Assembly: GCA_002269645.1 (NCBI GenBank) | Contig: NIVC01001587.1 | Coordinates: 62,001-126,000, forward strand | DNA from: Macrostomum lignano | Lineage: Eukaryota | DNA length: 64,000 bases | Reading direction: 5' to 3' | Part shown: positions 25,301-39,400 of the stretch, one piece after another | How positions within the stretch are numbered: the first letter of the stretch is position 1 | How the letters are laid out: each line of letters opens with the position of its first letter | Position numbers and translations under genes: made by a program | Notes under the pieces: generated by a model | Told to the model about the DNA's origin: nothing | Seen by the model: the letters and a program-made list of their open reading frames with translations, nothing else | The model's database searches: none

Positions 25301-27369
25301 ACCCGAAGCCAGAACTGTGCAGGCAGTCCCTTTTGCACTTTTTCTGCTCCCCCTCCCTTCCCGGTACCGCAGACTAAAGTTGTCTGTAAAGTTGCGATAC
25401 CAAGGCAGTTGCCTCGCCATACTGCGAGCATGTGCTTCAGTGAAGGCTGGTCCAACCTTCTTTCTCTGCTTCCCATCTTGCCAGAAGCCGCGGATTCAAT
25501 TCCTGTGTGTTTTCCAGCTGAATAATTGAATGCTGGCGACGGCTGGTGGTGGCCTTCTCCAGCCACCGAAATTCTTGCGGATTTCTGAACGTACCTGCTT
25601 TCCCTATCGTCCTCCCTCTATTAGCATCGGTGCGCGTAAAAAAATGAAATTAAATTTCAAGCACTCAGCCGCACTAGGCTGTGAGAACTAACTCTTTTAT
25701 AAACACCTTGACAAAATATTGACGCATTTTGTCTTTGCCGCGATGGGCCTGGTTCGTTGGGGCGGGGGTGGAGAATCGGGATAGGTAGCTTCTGAGGCAG
25801 TGGAAAGAAAAAGAAAAGCCAAGTGAGCGATAGAGAAGCCATATGAACGATAGAGAAGTTATATGAACGATAGAGAAGCCCTATTAGCCATAGAGAAGGC
25901 ATAAAAAGGACTGAGAAGCCATATTAACGACCGAGAAGCCATATTAACGACCAAGAAGCCATATAAGACATAGATAGAGAAGCCATATTAACGATAGGGA
26001 AGCCATATTAACGATAGAGAAGCCATATGAACTATAGAGAAGCCATATGAACTATAGAGAAGCCATATGAATAATAGAGAAGCCATATTAGCGATAGAGA
26101 AGCCATATTAGCGATGGAGAAGCCATACTAGCGATAGAGAAGCCATATTAGCGATAGAGAAGCCATATTAGCGATGGAGAAGCCATACTAGCGATAGAGA
26201 AGCCATATTAGCGATGGAGAAGCCATACTAGCGATAGAGAAGCCATATTAACGATATAGAAGCGATATAACGATAGAGAAGCCATATTAACGATAGAGAA
26301 GCCATATGAACGATAGAGAAGCCATATGAACGATAGAGAAGCCATATTAGCCATATAGAAGCCATATGAACGATAGACAAGCCATATAAACGAAAGAGAA
26401 GCCATATTAGCGATAGAGAAGCCATATTAGCGATAGAGAAGCCATATTAGCGATAGAGAAGCCATAGAGAGAGAAGCCAAACGAGTTCGAAGTTAGCTCA
26501 GCATCCTCACACCTAACGAACTCAACTCCATCAAGGTGCTGCTGATATTCCCGCCCGAAGACACTCTGCTCCGTCGCTTAGCCAAGGCCGCTGAGTCACT
26601 TGGCCTGGCCTGCGACATCGCCTGCGCTTCCAGCGTCGGCAGCGGCGGAGGGCCATCAGATGGCGGAGAGGCGGCCGCCGCTGCCCTGACAAAATTCTCG
26701 CGCTCCCGGCATCAGCTGGTGCTGCTGGACAGGCGCGACAGCAGCCCGGCCGCCGCCGACAATCTGCTGCGAGCGATAAAGTCGGTGGCGGGGGCGGCTG
26801 CGGCAGGCTACTCCGCGCCCGTTTTTGTTGCTGTCACCAAGCCTGGGTGAGCGGCTATGGAGAATCGGCGAATCTTAGTGGAATGGATGGTTTCTTTAGC
26901 ATTGCCGGAGGGTGTCCACAGTAGTCGGCGGAGTGTCCAGAGAACGTGGATGGGTGTCCATAACAGCCGGCAGGGTGTCCAAAGAATGTGGACAGGTGTC
27001 CACTAGTAGTTTGAAGGGTGTCCACAGAAGGTGGATGTTTGTCCACAGTAGTCATAAGGTGGGAAAGTATTTGTGTCCGAATTTGTGTCCGAGTTTCATG
27101 GTGACTCTCCCGCTATCATCTCGCCTTGCAGACAGTGCCGAGGTTCCAGCCTCGGAGACCTGCTGCAGATTGGCTATGACAAGGTGAGTTCGTCAGTTTT
27201 CTGCCCGCGACTTGTAGAAATTACATGTAGAACTCCTAAAGGCGGTAACTTAATAGTGTTATCAGTAGCAAGCGGAAGTAGTATATGGTCTTTATTGCCT
27301 CTATAGCTCGTAACACGCCCACTCTAAATCTCTCGCTCACTCTCTCCCTCCATCAACCGCTGTAAACTT

Positions 27370-27463
<94 letters not shown>

Positions 27464-30400
27464 CGATAGAATTTCATCGTTCCGGTTCTAACACTTAGAG
27501 AAGCAAAAGCAATGACTGATCTTCTTTGGCGCAGATTCAGCTCAGTCACGGACTAGAAACTCGCGATTTGAACTATTCTTATTCTTAGAAAATTGTCTGC
27601 TTTCGAAAAAGAGGTCGAAAAAACCAAAGGTGGGAAAAGTTGAGAGCAGAGATACCAAGAGGTGATGAAGCTCTAAGTGGTCGGAAACGAGACGTGGCCT
27701 CGCTCTTAGGACTGAATTAAAAAGCCCGGGTAATCAGGACTAAAGGGGAGATAACTATTGATTTTTCCTCAAAGCAAGCTCAACTCTTTACAATGTGTGT
27801 CGGATAGCGAACTCAAATTAGAGCCTTGCTACTCACTGCTTTGGTGATTTACAAGCAGCAATAGATGGATGGAGCCTTTGGCGATTGATGAGTTGGATTA
27901 GGGCAGGACTAATGAGCACATGTTGATGCAGACTGACAGATGAAGACAGGTTGATGTGTAAAGACATGCTAATACAGACAGGTCGATAGAGACAGTCTGG
28001 TAAAGACAGGTCGATAGAGACAGACTGATACAGACAGGTCGCTAGAGACAGACTGACAAAGACAGGTCGATAGAGACAGACTGATACAGACAGGTCGCTA
28101 GAGACAGACTGACAAAGACAGGTCGATAGAGACAGACTGATACAGACAGGTCAATAGAGACAGACTGACAAAGACAGGTCGATAGAGACAGACTGATACA
28201 GACAGGTCGCTAGAGACAGACTGACAAAGACAGGTCGATAGAGACAGACTGATACAGACAGGTCAATAGAGACAGACTGATACAGACAGGTCAATAGAGA
28301 CAGACTGATACAGACAGGTCAATAGAGACAGACTGATGCAGACAGGTCGCTAGAGACAGACTGATACAGACAGGTCGCTAGAGACAGACTGATGAAGACA
28401 GGTCGATAAAGACAGACTGATGCAGACAGGTCGATAGAGACAGACTGATCCAGACAGGTCGATAGAGACAGTCTGGTAAAGACAGGTCGATAGAGACAGT
28501 CTGGTAAAGACAGGTCGATAGAGACAGTCTGGTAAAGACAGGTCGATAGAGACAGTCTGGTAAAGACAGGTCGATAGAGACAGACTGATACAGACAGATC
28601 GCTAGAGACAGACTGATGCAGACAGGTCGATAGAGACAGACTGATGCAGACAGGTCGCTAGAGACAGACTGATGCAGACAGGTCGCTAGAGACAGACTGA
28701 TACAGACAGGTCGCTAGAGACAGACTGACAAAGACAGGTCGATAGAGACAGTCTGGTAAAGACAGGTCGATAGAGACAGTCTGGTAAAGACAGGTCGATA
28801 GAGACAGTCTGGTAAAGACAGGTCGATAGAGACAGACTGATACAGACAGATCGCTAGAGACAGACTGATGCAGACAGGTCGATAGAGACAGACTGATGCA
28901 GACAGGTCGCTAGAGACAGACTGATACAGACAGGTCGCTAGAGACAGACTGACAAAGACAGGTCGATAGAGACAGACTGATACAGACAGGTCAATAGAGA
29001 CAGACTGATGCAGACAGGTCGATAGAGACAGACTGATGCAGACAGGTCGATAGAGACAGACTGATGCAGACAGGTCGATAGAGACAGTCTGGTAAAGACA
29101 GGTCGATAGAGACAGACTGATACAGACAGGTCGCTAGAGACAGACTGATGCAGACAGGTCGATAGAGACATGGCCTTTCTAACTCGGAAGCAGCGACGTG
29201 CATCCAGCAAGTGTAGAAGTTCAACCCAGACTTACAGGGCAGGGCACAGCACAGAGATGAACTTACAAGCCAGACAGGGGAGTAATAGGAAAAAGGAAGT
29301 CTGTGTAACTGGAATCTGTCTGGCCGGTAATTTTTTTATAAAAGTTGATTGGAAAAATCCCGACGGCGAGGACTGGCAGAAAATCTTAACCGAGTGGGGT
29401 GCCCTGAAGATAAACAAGATCGCTGTAAATATTTTCATCCTGCTAAGTTGTCAAGTTCGGCCACTCAATTTTCTCGGACGCATTCTTCCAGATGACGCGA
29501 AATTAATTACAGAGTTGCAGTTGATGGAGAGTCTTGGCTGAGGCAACTTTTTTATCTTGTCGACCGAGCAGTCTCTCCCACAGAATACACTCAATACACT
29601 CGGGTTGATGAAAAAAGCCAGCACTACTCACAAACCACTTCACCTTAGAAGTAGCGTAGCTAGCGAATAGTTTTTGCCTCAAAAAATTTTCGCAGGGAGC
29701 TTGATTGAGCATTCTGGTGTATTCTGTGGTCTCTCCTTAATTTGGATGGGGAAAGAAAATATGGAGGAATTTCTGCACTTCTCATTCGGGTAACTTCTTG
29801 GTTGCTGGAGTCTTTTGCCCTGTTGACTCGAGTCACTGCTGTTAGGCATCACTAGGAGTGTCTTAGTAGGAGTGTCTTTAGGCATCAGTAGGAGTGTCTT
29901 AGTAGGAGTGTCTTTAGGCATCAGTAGGAGTGTCTTAGTAGGAGTGTCTTTAGGCATCAGTAGGAGTGTCTTTAAGCATCAGTAGGAGTGTCTTTAAGCA
30001 TCAGTAGGAGTGTCTTTAAGCATCAGTAGGAGTGTCTTTAAGCATCAGTAGGAGTGTCTTTAAGCATCAGTAGGAGTGTCTTTAAGCATCAGTAGGAGTG
30101 TCTTTAAGCATCAATAGGAGCGTCTGCAACCACTAAAGCTTGAGAGCAGCAGTGTCTTAAGGTGTATTGGTGCTCTACTAAGAGCAGACATGCTTCAAAT
30201 AGCAGACCTTCAGCAGCAATCTGCACCTCACCACCGCCCCACCCCCAATTAGAAAATCAAAGAGGACCAGTGCGACAGCGTTGATGCCTGCATTGAAGTG
30301 CTGCTGTCGCTTCAAAAGTGCGCTTGCCGGCATCAGCAGCGTCTCGGCTCTCTGGCTGTTGTGCTCACTGCTCTTGGCAACTGCACGGACGCTGTTGAGA

Positions 30401-33400
30401 TTACTGACTGCAAGTTTGGCATACAGGTGAGTCCTGCTTGAAACTTTAGCAGAAAATGCACAATCCTACACAGAACCAGGCACAATCCTACACAGAGCCA
30501 TGCACAATCCTACACAGAACAAGGCACAATCCTACACAGAGCCATGCACAATCCTACACAGAACAAGGCACAATCCTACACAGAACCAGGCACAATCCTA
30601 CACAGAACAAGGCACAATCCTACACAGAACCAGGCACAATCCTACACAGAATCAGGCACAATCCTACACAGAACCAGGCACAATCCTACACAGAACCAGG
30701 CACAATCCTACACAGAACCAGGCACAATCCTACACAGAACCAGGCACAATCCTACACAGAACCAGGCACAATCCTACACAGAACCAGGCACAATCCTACA
30801 CAGAACCAGGTACAATCCTACACAGAACCAGGCACAATCCTACACAGAACCAGGCACAATCCTACACAGAACCAGGTACAATCCTACACAGAACCAGGCA
30901 AAATCCTACACAGAACCAGGCACAATCCTACACAGAACCAGGCACAATACTACAGAGCCATGCACAATCCTACACAGAACCAGGCACAATCCTACAGAGC
31001 CAGGCACAATCCTACACAGAACCAGGCACAATCCTACAGAGCCATGCACAATCCTACACAGAACCAGGCACAATCCTACAGAGCCATGCACAATCCTACA
31101 CAGAACCAGGCACAATCCTACAGAGCCAGGCACAATCCTACAGAGCCAGGCACAATCCTACACAGAACCAGGCACAATCCTACAGAGCCATGCACAATCC
31201 TACACAGAACCAGGCACAATCCTACAGAGCCATGCACAATCCTACACAGAACCAGGCACAATCCTACAGAGCCAGGCACAATCCTACACAGAACCAGGCA
31301 CAATCCTACAGAGCCATGCACAATCCTACACAGAACCAGGCACAATCCTACAGAGCCAGGCACAATCCTACACAGAACCAGGCACAATCGTACACAGAAT
31401 CAGGCACAATCCTACACAGAACCAGGCACAATCCTACACAGAACAAGGCACAATCCTACACAGAACCAGGCACAATCCTACACAGAATCAGGCACAATCC
31501 TACACAGAACCAGGCACAATCCTACACAGAACCAGGCACAATCCTACACAGAACCAGGCACAATCCTACACAGAACCAGGCACAATCGTACACAGCGACA
31601 TGCACAATCCTACACAGAGCCATGCACAAACCTACAGAGCCATGCACAATCCTACACAGAGCACAATCATATTGTGACAGTGATTGGGAATTGAAACTAA
31701 ACTTTTTAAAAGTCATATCAGACGTTCTCTCAAATCCCATCGTTTATTAATGATCCTCTATATGCTGAATATAGAGAAGCTGCCTCTCTCCCCCTCTTGC
31801 GCCCCTGAGCCACAATACAAACAGCTGCAACAGTTGAAGGTTTCAGATAGCAGCTATGTGAAAAGCGCACGGTGTTCTCGCGTGTTTACGCTAGCAAGTA
31901 GCCCCTCTGATTTCCAGGCAACGGACAAAGAGGATCCACTCTCGAGATTAAAACAGAGCAATCGAGGCTAACTAGTCAGAGACCCCCCTGCTATTCCCTT
32001 TGCACGGCTGTTTTTAAGCTCACTCGGCTCAAGCATCGGTCCTCTCCCGGTCCTTGCTGCTAGCAAATGCAATTACGAATTCAATGCGTTTGCGCCTGTC
32101 TCTGAGCAAATTTGAGACACTGCTTCGGATTTCTTGTTCAGCGAAGGAGAACCTGAGACGGGGAGTAAAGCATCAGTGAGTGTTAAAGACAGGAGTAAAG
32201 TGAGATGAATAGCATTGGAGTCTTCATCAAATCAGGCCCGCTTATGAGCATCCCGCATCCTAAGCTGGTCACACACCCAGTCAGTCAGTTGAGCACACCT
32301 ATGCTTAACTGGTCACACATCCAGTCAGTCAGTTAAGCACACCTATGCTTAACTGGTCACACACCCAGTCAGTCAGTTGAGCACACCTATGCTTAACTGG
32401 TCACACACCCAGTCAGTCAGTTGAGCACACCTATGCTTAACTGGTCACACACCCAGTCAGTCAGTTGAGCACACCTATGCTTAACTGGTCACACATCCAG
32501 TCAGTCAGTTAAGCACACCTATGCTTAACTGGTCACACACCCAGTCAGTCAGTTGAGCACACCTATGCTTAACTGGTCACACACCCAGTCAGTCAGTTGA
32601 GCACACCTATGCTTAACTGGTCACACACCCAGTCAGTCAGTTGAGCACACCTATGCTTAACTGGTCACACATCCAGTCAGTCAGTTAAGCACACCTATGC
32701 TTAACTGGTCACACACCCAGTCAGTCAGTTGAGCACACCTATGCTTAACTGGTCACACATCCAGTCAGTCAGTTGAGCACACCTATGCTTAACTGGTCAC
32801 ACACCCAGTCAGTCAGTTGAGCACACCTATGCTTAACTGGTCACACGTCCAGTCAGTCAGTTAAGCACACCTATGCTTAACTGGTCACACGTCCAGTCAG
32901 TTAGTCAGTTGAACACCTCATATCATTCCCATCCTTCAAACAAACAACGCAACCGCAGTACGTGAACGCGGCTCACGAGAAAATGTTTGGCTACGCCATG
33001 AGCGACCTGGCAGGTCGCAACACTTTGGACACAATTCACCGGCATCCGACAGATCGGGTCGCGGAGGAAACCACAAAGAACCTGACGCTGTGTCTGAAGC
33101 GAGGCAAAGTAAACTGACTGTAATTTTCAAGTGAAGTAACTAGAGTTTATCCACTCTAATTATGTTTATGACTGCAGACCTCTTATCTATTGCTCAGGCA
33201 TGGGATGGAATATTAACTGGCCGACGCAAATCCGGCACCAGTCTAGACCACTACAGCGCTGTGTACCCCGTGCGCGACTGTCATGGGTGCGTGAGCTTGT
33301 TTCAAACTAGTTGACCATATTCTCTAATAATCTTTCTCCTACAAACAGAGCGCGGTACTACTGGAAGTAGGCAAAGTAGTGCAAGAAATTCCCCAAAATG

Positions 33401-36400
33401 TATTTTATGATAACTGTTCTGCACTACTAGTTCGGTTCATCGATTTGTCTGGCTGCGTCGGTCTCTGAACGGCGGTTCAGTTGCTGATGGTCAGCACAAT
33501 CCGCAGCTGCAACTTTCGCCAACTGCTGCAGCTGCAACTGCGGCCGCTGCTGCAGCGGCTCCGTGCCGAAAGTCCAGCAGCACCCTGGCCACGCCGCGCC
33601 ATTCAGCCAGTCGACGCGGCTCGGCGGTGGCTCGAGCGGGCAGCTCGGCAGCAATTGACGCGCCGATTAATAAGGTTTAATCATATTGAAGATTAAAAAT
33701 TTTTATCAGGTATTCTGTGTATGCGAATGTCTCTCGGATGCTGTTGAGTTTGAGGTGTTCTGCGTATGCGAATTTCTCTCGGATGCTGTTGAGTTTGAGG
33801 TGTTCTGTGTATGCGAATGTCTCTCCGATGCTGTTGAGTTTGAGGTGTTCTGTGTATGCGAATATCTCTCCGATGCTGTTGAGTTTGAGATGTTCTGTGT
33901 ATGCGAATTTCTCTCGGATGCTGTTGAGTTTGAGATGTTCTGTGTATGCGAATGTCTCTCGGATGCTGTTGAGTTTGAGATGTTCTGTGTATGCGAATGT
34001 CTCTCGGATGCTGTTGAGTTTGAGATGTTCTGTGTATGCGAATTTCTCTCGGATGCTGTTGAGTTTGAGGTGTTCTGTGTATGCGAATGTCTCTCGGATG
34101 CTGTTGAGTTTGAGATGTTCTGTGTATGCGAATTTCTCTCGGATGCTGTTGAGTTTGAGATGTTCTGTGTATGCGAATGTCTCTCGGATGCTGTTGAGTT
34201 TGAGATGTTCTGTGTATGCGAATTTCTCTCGGATGCTGTTGAGTTTGAGGTGCTGTGTATGCGAATGTCTCTCGGATGCTGTTGAGTTTGAGATGTTCTG
34301 TGTATGCGAATTTCTCTCGGATGCTGTTGAGTTTGAGGTGTTCTGTGTATGCGAATTTCTCTCGGATGCGGTTGAGTTTGAGATGTTCTGTGTATGCGAA
34401 TTTCTCTCGGATGCTGTTGAGTTTGAGATGTTCTGTGTATGCGAATTTCTCTCGGATGCTGTTGAGTTTGAGGTGTTCTGTGTATGCGAATTTCTCTCGG
34501 ATGCTGTTAAGTTTGAGATGTTCTGTGTATGCGAATTTCTCTCGGATGCTGTTGAGTTTGAGGTGTTCTGTGTATGCGAATGTCTCTCGGATGCTGTTGA
34601 GTTTGAGATGTTCTGTGTATGCGAATGTCTCTCGGATGCTGTTGAGTTTGAGATGTTCTGTGTATGCGAATGTCTCTTGGATGCTGTTGAGTTTGAGGTG
34701 TTCTGTGTATGCGAATTTCTCTCGGATGCTGTTGAGTTTGAGGTGCTGTGTATGCGAATGTCTCTCGGATGCTGTTGAGTTTGAGATGTTCTGTGTATGC
34801 GAATGTCTCTCGGATGCTGTTGAGTTTGAGATGTTCTGTGTATGCGAATTTCTCTCGGATGCTGTTGAGTTTGAGGTGTTCTGTGTATGCGAATGTCTCT
34901 CGGATGCTGTTGAGTTTGAGATGTTCTGTGTATGCGAATTTCTCTCGGATGCTGTTGAGTTTGAGGTGCTGTGTATGCGAATGTCTCTCGGATGCTGTTG
35001 AGTTTGAGATGTTCTGTGTATGCGAATTTCTCTCGGATGCTGTTGAGTTTGAGGTGCTGTGTATGCGAATGTCTCTCGGATGCTGTTGAGTTTGAGGTGT
35101 TCTGTGTATGCGAATTTCTCTCGGATGCTGTTGAGTTTGAGATGTTCTGTGTATGCGAATTTCTCTAGGATGCTGTTGAGTTTGAGATGTTCTGTGTATG
35201 CGAATTTCTCTCGGATGCTGTTGAGTTTGAGGTGTTCTGTGTATGCGAATTTCTCTCGGATGCTGTTGAGTTTGAGATGTTCTGTGTATGCGAATTTCTC
35301 TCGGATGCTGTTGAGTTTGAGGTGTTCTGTGTATGCGAATTTCTCTCGGATGCTGTTGAGTTTGAGATGTTCTGTGTATGCGAATTTCTCTCGGATGCTG
35401 TTGAGTTTGAGGTGTTCTGTGTATGCGAATGTCTCTTGGATGCTGTTGAGTTTGAGGTGTTCTGTGTATGCGAATTTCTCTCGGATGCTGTTGAGTTTGA
35501 GGTGCTGTGTATGCGAATGTCTCTCGGATGCTGTTGAGTTTGAGATGTTCTGTGTATGCGAATGTCTCTCGGATGCTGTTGAGTTTGAGATGTTCTGTGT
35601 ATGCGAATTTCTCTCGGATGCTGTTGAGTTTGAGGTGTTCTGTGTATGCGAATGTCTCTCGGATGCTGTTGAGTTTGAGGTGTTCTGTGTATGCGAATGT
35701 CTCTCGGATGCTGTTGAGTTTGAGATGTTCTGTGTATGCGAATTTCTCTCGGATGCTGTTGAGTTTGAGGTGTTCTGTGTATGCGAATGTCTCTCGGATG
35801 CTGTTGAGTTTGAGGTGTTCTGTGTATGCGAATTTCTCTCGGATGCTGTTGAGTTTGAGGTTCTGTGTATGCGAATTCTCTCGGATGCTGTTGAGTTTGA
35901 GATGTTCTGTGTATGCGAATTTCTCTCGGATGCTGTTGAGTTTGAGATGTTCTGTGTATGCGAATTTCTCTGGATGCTGTTGAGTTTGAGGTGTTCTGTG
36001 TATGCGAATTTCTCTCGGATGCTGTTGAGTTTGAGGTGTTCTGTGTATGCGAATTCTCTCGGATGCTGTTGAGTTTGAGATGTTCTGTGTATGCGAATTT
36101 CTCTCGGATGCTGTTGAGTTTGAGGTGTTCTGTGTATGCGAATGTCTCTCGGATGCTGTTGAGTTTGAGATGTTCTGTGTATGCGAATTTCTCTCGGATG
36201 CTGTTGAGTTTAAGTTGCTGTGTATGCGAATGTCTCTCGGATGCTGTTGAGTTTGAGATGTTCTGTGTATGCGAATGTCTCTCGGATGCTGTTGAGTTTG
36301 AGATGTTCTGTGTATGCGAATGTCTCTCGGATGCTGTTGAGTTTGAGATGTTCTGTGTATGCGAATGTCTCTCGGATGCTGTTGAGTTTGAGATGTTCTG

Positions 36401-39400
36401 TGTATGCGAATTTCTCTCGGATGCTGTTGAGTTTGAGGTGTTCTGTGTATGCGAATGTCTCTCGGATGCTGTTGAGTTTGAGATGTTCTGTGTATGCGAA
36501 TTTCTCTCGGATGCTGTTGAGTTTGAGGTGTTCTGTGTATGCGAATGTCTCTCGGATGCTGTTGAGTTTGAGATGTTCTGTGTATGCGAATTTCTCTCGG
36601 ATGCTGTTGAGTTTGAGGTGTTCTGTGTATGCGAATTTCTCTCGGATGCTGTTGAGTTTGAGATGTTCTGTGTATGCGAATTTCTCTCGGATGCTGTTGA
36701 GTTTGAGATGTTCTGTGTATGCGAATTTCTCTCGGATGCTGTTGAGTTTGAGATGTTCTGTGTATGCGAATTTCTCTCGGATGCTGTTGAGTTTGAGATG
36801 TTCTGTGTATGCGAATTTCTCTCGGATGCTGTTGAGTTTGAGGTGTTCTGTGTATGCGAATTCTCTCGGATGCTGTTGAGTTTGAGATGTTCTGTGTATG
36901 CGAATTTCTCTCGGATGCTGTTGAGTTTGAGGTGTTCTGTGTATGCGAATGTCTCTCGGATGCTGTTGAGTTTGAGGTGTTCTGTGTATGCGAATTTCTC
37001 TCGGATGCTGTTGAGTTTGAGGTGCTGTGTATGCGAATGTCTCTCGGATGCTGTTGAGTTTGAGATGTTCTGTGTATGCGAATGTCTCTCGGATGCTGTT
37101 GAGTTTGAGATGTTCTGTGTATGCGAATTTCTCTCGGATGCTGTTGAGTTTGAGGTTTCTGTGTATGCGAATGTCTCTCGGATGCTGTTGAGTTTGAGAT
37201 GTTCTGTGTATGCGAATTTCTCTCGGATGCTGTTGAGTTTGAGATGTTCTGTGTATGCGAATGTCTCTCGGATGCTGTTGAGTTTGAGGTGCTGTGTATG
37301 CGAATGTCTCTCGGATGCTGTTGAGTTTGAGGTGTTCTGTGTATGCGAATTTCTCTCGGATGCTGTTGAGTTTGAGATGTTCTGTGTATGCGAATTCTCT
37401 CGGATGCTGTTGAGTTTGAGGTGTTCTGTGTATGCGAATGTCTCTCGGATGCTGTTGAGTTTGAGGTGTTCTGTGTATGCGAATGTCTCTCGGATGCTGT
37501 TGAGTTTGAGATGTTCTGTGTATGCGAATTTCTCTCGGATGCTGTTGAGTTTGAGGTGTTCTGTGTATGCGAATTTCTCTCGGATGCTGTTGAGTTTGAG
37601 ATGTTCTGTGTATGCGAATTCTCTCGGATGCTGTTGAGTTTGAGATGTTCTGTGTATGCGAATGTCTCTCGGATGCTGTTGAGTTTGAGATGTTCTGTGT
37701 ATGCGAATTTCTCTCGGATGCTGTTGAGTTTGAGGTGTTCTGTGTATGCGAATGTCTCTCGGATGCTGTTGAGTTTGAGATGTTCTGTGTATGCGAATTT
37801 CTCTCGGATGCTGTTGAGTTTGAGGTGTTCTGTGTATGCGAATGTTTCTCGGATGCTGTTGAGTTTGAGATGTTCTGTGTATGCGAATTTCTCTCGGATG
37901 CTGTTGAGTTTGAGATGTTCTGTGTATGCGAATTCTCTCGGATGCTGTTGAGTTTGAGATGTTCTGTGTATGCGAATTCTCTCGGATGCTGTTGAGTTTG
38001 AGATGTTCTGTGTATGCGAATGTCTCTCGGATGCTGTTGAGTTTGAGATGTTCTGTGTATGCGAATGTCTCTCGGATGCTGTTGAGTTTGAGATGTTCTG
38101 TGTATGCGAATTTCTCTCGGATGCTGTTGAGTTTGAGGTGTTCTGTGTATGCGAATGTCTCTCGGATGCTGTTGAGTTTGAGATGTTCTGTGTATGCGAA
38201 TTTCTCTCGGATGCTGTTGAGTTTGAGGTTCTGTGTATGCGAATTCTCTCGGATGCTGTTGAGTTTGAGATGTTCTGTGTATGCGAATTTCTCTCGGATG
38301 CTGTTGAGTTTGAGGTGTTCTGTGTATGCGAATTTCTCTCGGATGCTGTTGAGTTTGAGATGTTCTGTGTATGCGAATTTCTCTCGGATGCTGTTGAGTT
38401 TGAGATGTTCTGTGTATGCGAATTTCTCTCGGATGCTGTTGAGTTTGAGGTGTTCTGTGTATGCGAATTTCTCTCGGATGCTGTTGAGTTTGAGATGTTC
38501 TGTGTATGCGAATTTCTCTCGGATGCTGTTGAGTTTGAGGTGTTCTGTGTATGCGAATGTCTCTCGGATGCTGTTGAGTTTGAGATGTTCTGTGTATGCG
38601 AATTCTCTCGGATGCTGTTGAGTTTGAGATGTTCTGTGTATGCGAATTCTCTCGGATGCTGTTGAGTTTGAGGTGTTCTGTGTATGCGAATTTCTCTCGG
38701 ATGCTGTTGAGTTTGAGGTGCTGTGTATGCGAATGTCTCTCGGATGCTGTTGAGTTTGAGATGTTCTGTGTATGCGAATGTCTCTCGGATGCTGTTGAGT
38801 TTGAGATGTTCTGTGTATGCGAATTTCTCTCGGATGCTGTTGAGTTTGAGGTGTTCTGTGTATGCGAATGTCTCTCGGATGCTGTTGAGTTTGAGATGTT
38901 CTGTGTATGCGAATTTCTCTCGGATGCTGTTGAGTTTGAGATGTTCTGTGTATGCGAATTCTCTCGGATGCTGTTGAGTTTGAGGTGTTCTGTGTATGCG
39001 AATCTCTCGGATGCTGTTGAGTTTGAGGTGTTCTGTGTATGCGAATTTCTCTCGGATGCTGTTGAGTTTGAGATGTTCTGTGTATGCGAATTCTCTCGGA
39101 TGCTGTTGAGTTTGAGGTGTTCTGTGTATGCGAATTCTCTCGGATGCTGTTGAGTTTGAGGTGTTCTGTGTATGCGAATTCTCTCGGATGCTGTTGAGTT
39201 TGAGATGTTCTGTGTATGCGAATTTCTCTCGGATGCTGTTGAGTTTGAGGTGTTCTGTGTATGCGAATTTCTCTCGGATGCTGTTGAGTTTGAGGTGTTC
39301 TGTGTATGCGAATTTCTCGGATGCTGTTGAGTTTGAGATGTTCTGTGTATGCGAATTTCTCTCGGATGCTGTTGAGTTTGAGGTGTTCTGTGTATGCGAA

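Noticed and set aside
25530-25590. Alternative PDE8 first exon [20 protein letters not shown]
   Set aside because: The phase-1 weak donor does not join any in-frame acceptor of the REC exon
30386-30402. 15/17 match between a PDE8 exon (CGGACGCTGTTGAGATT) and the 45-bp satellite unit
   Set aside because: It does not extend on either side; plausible by chance given the many units compared
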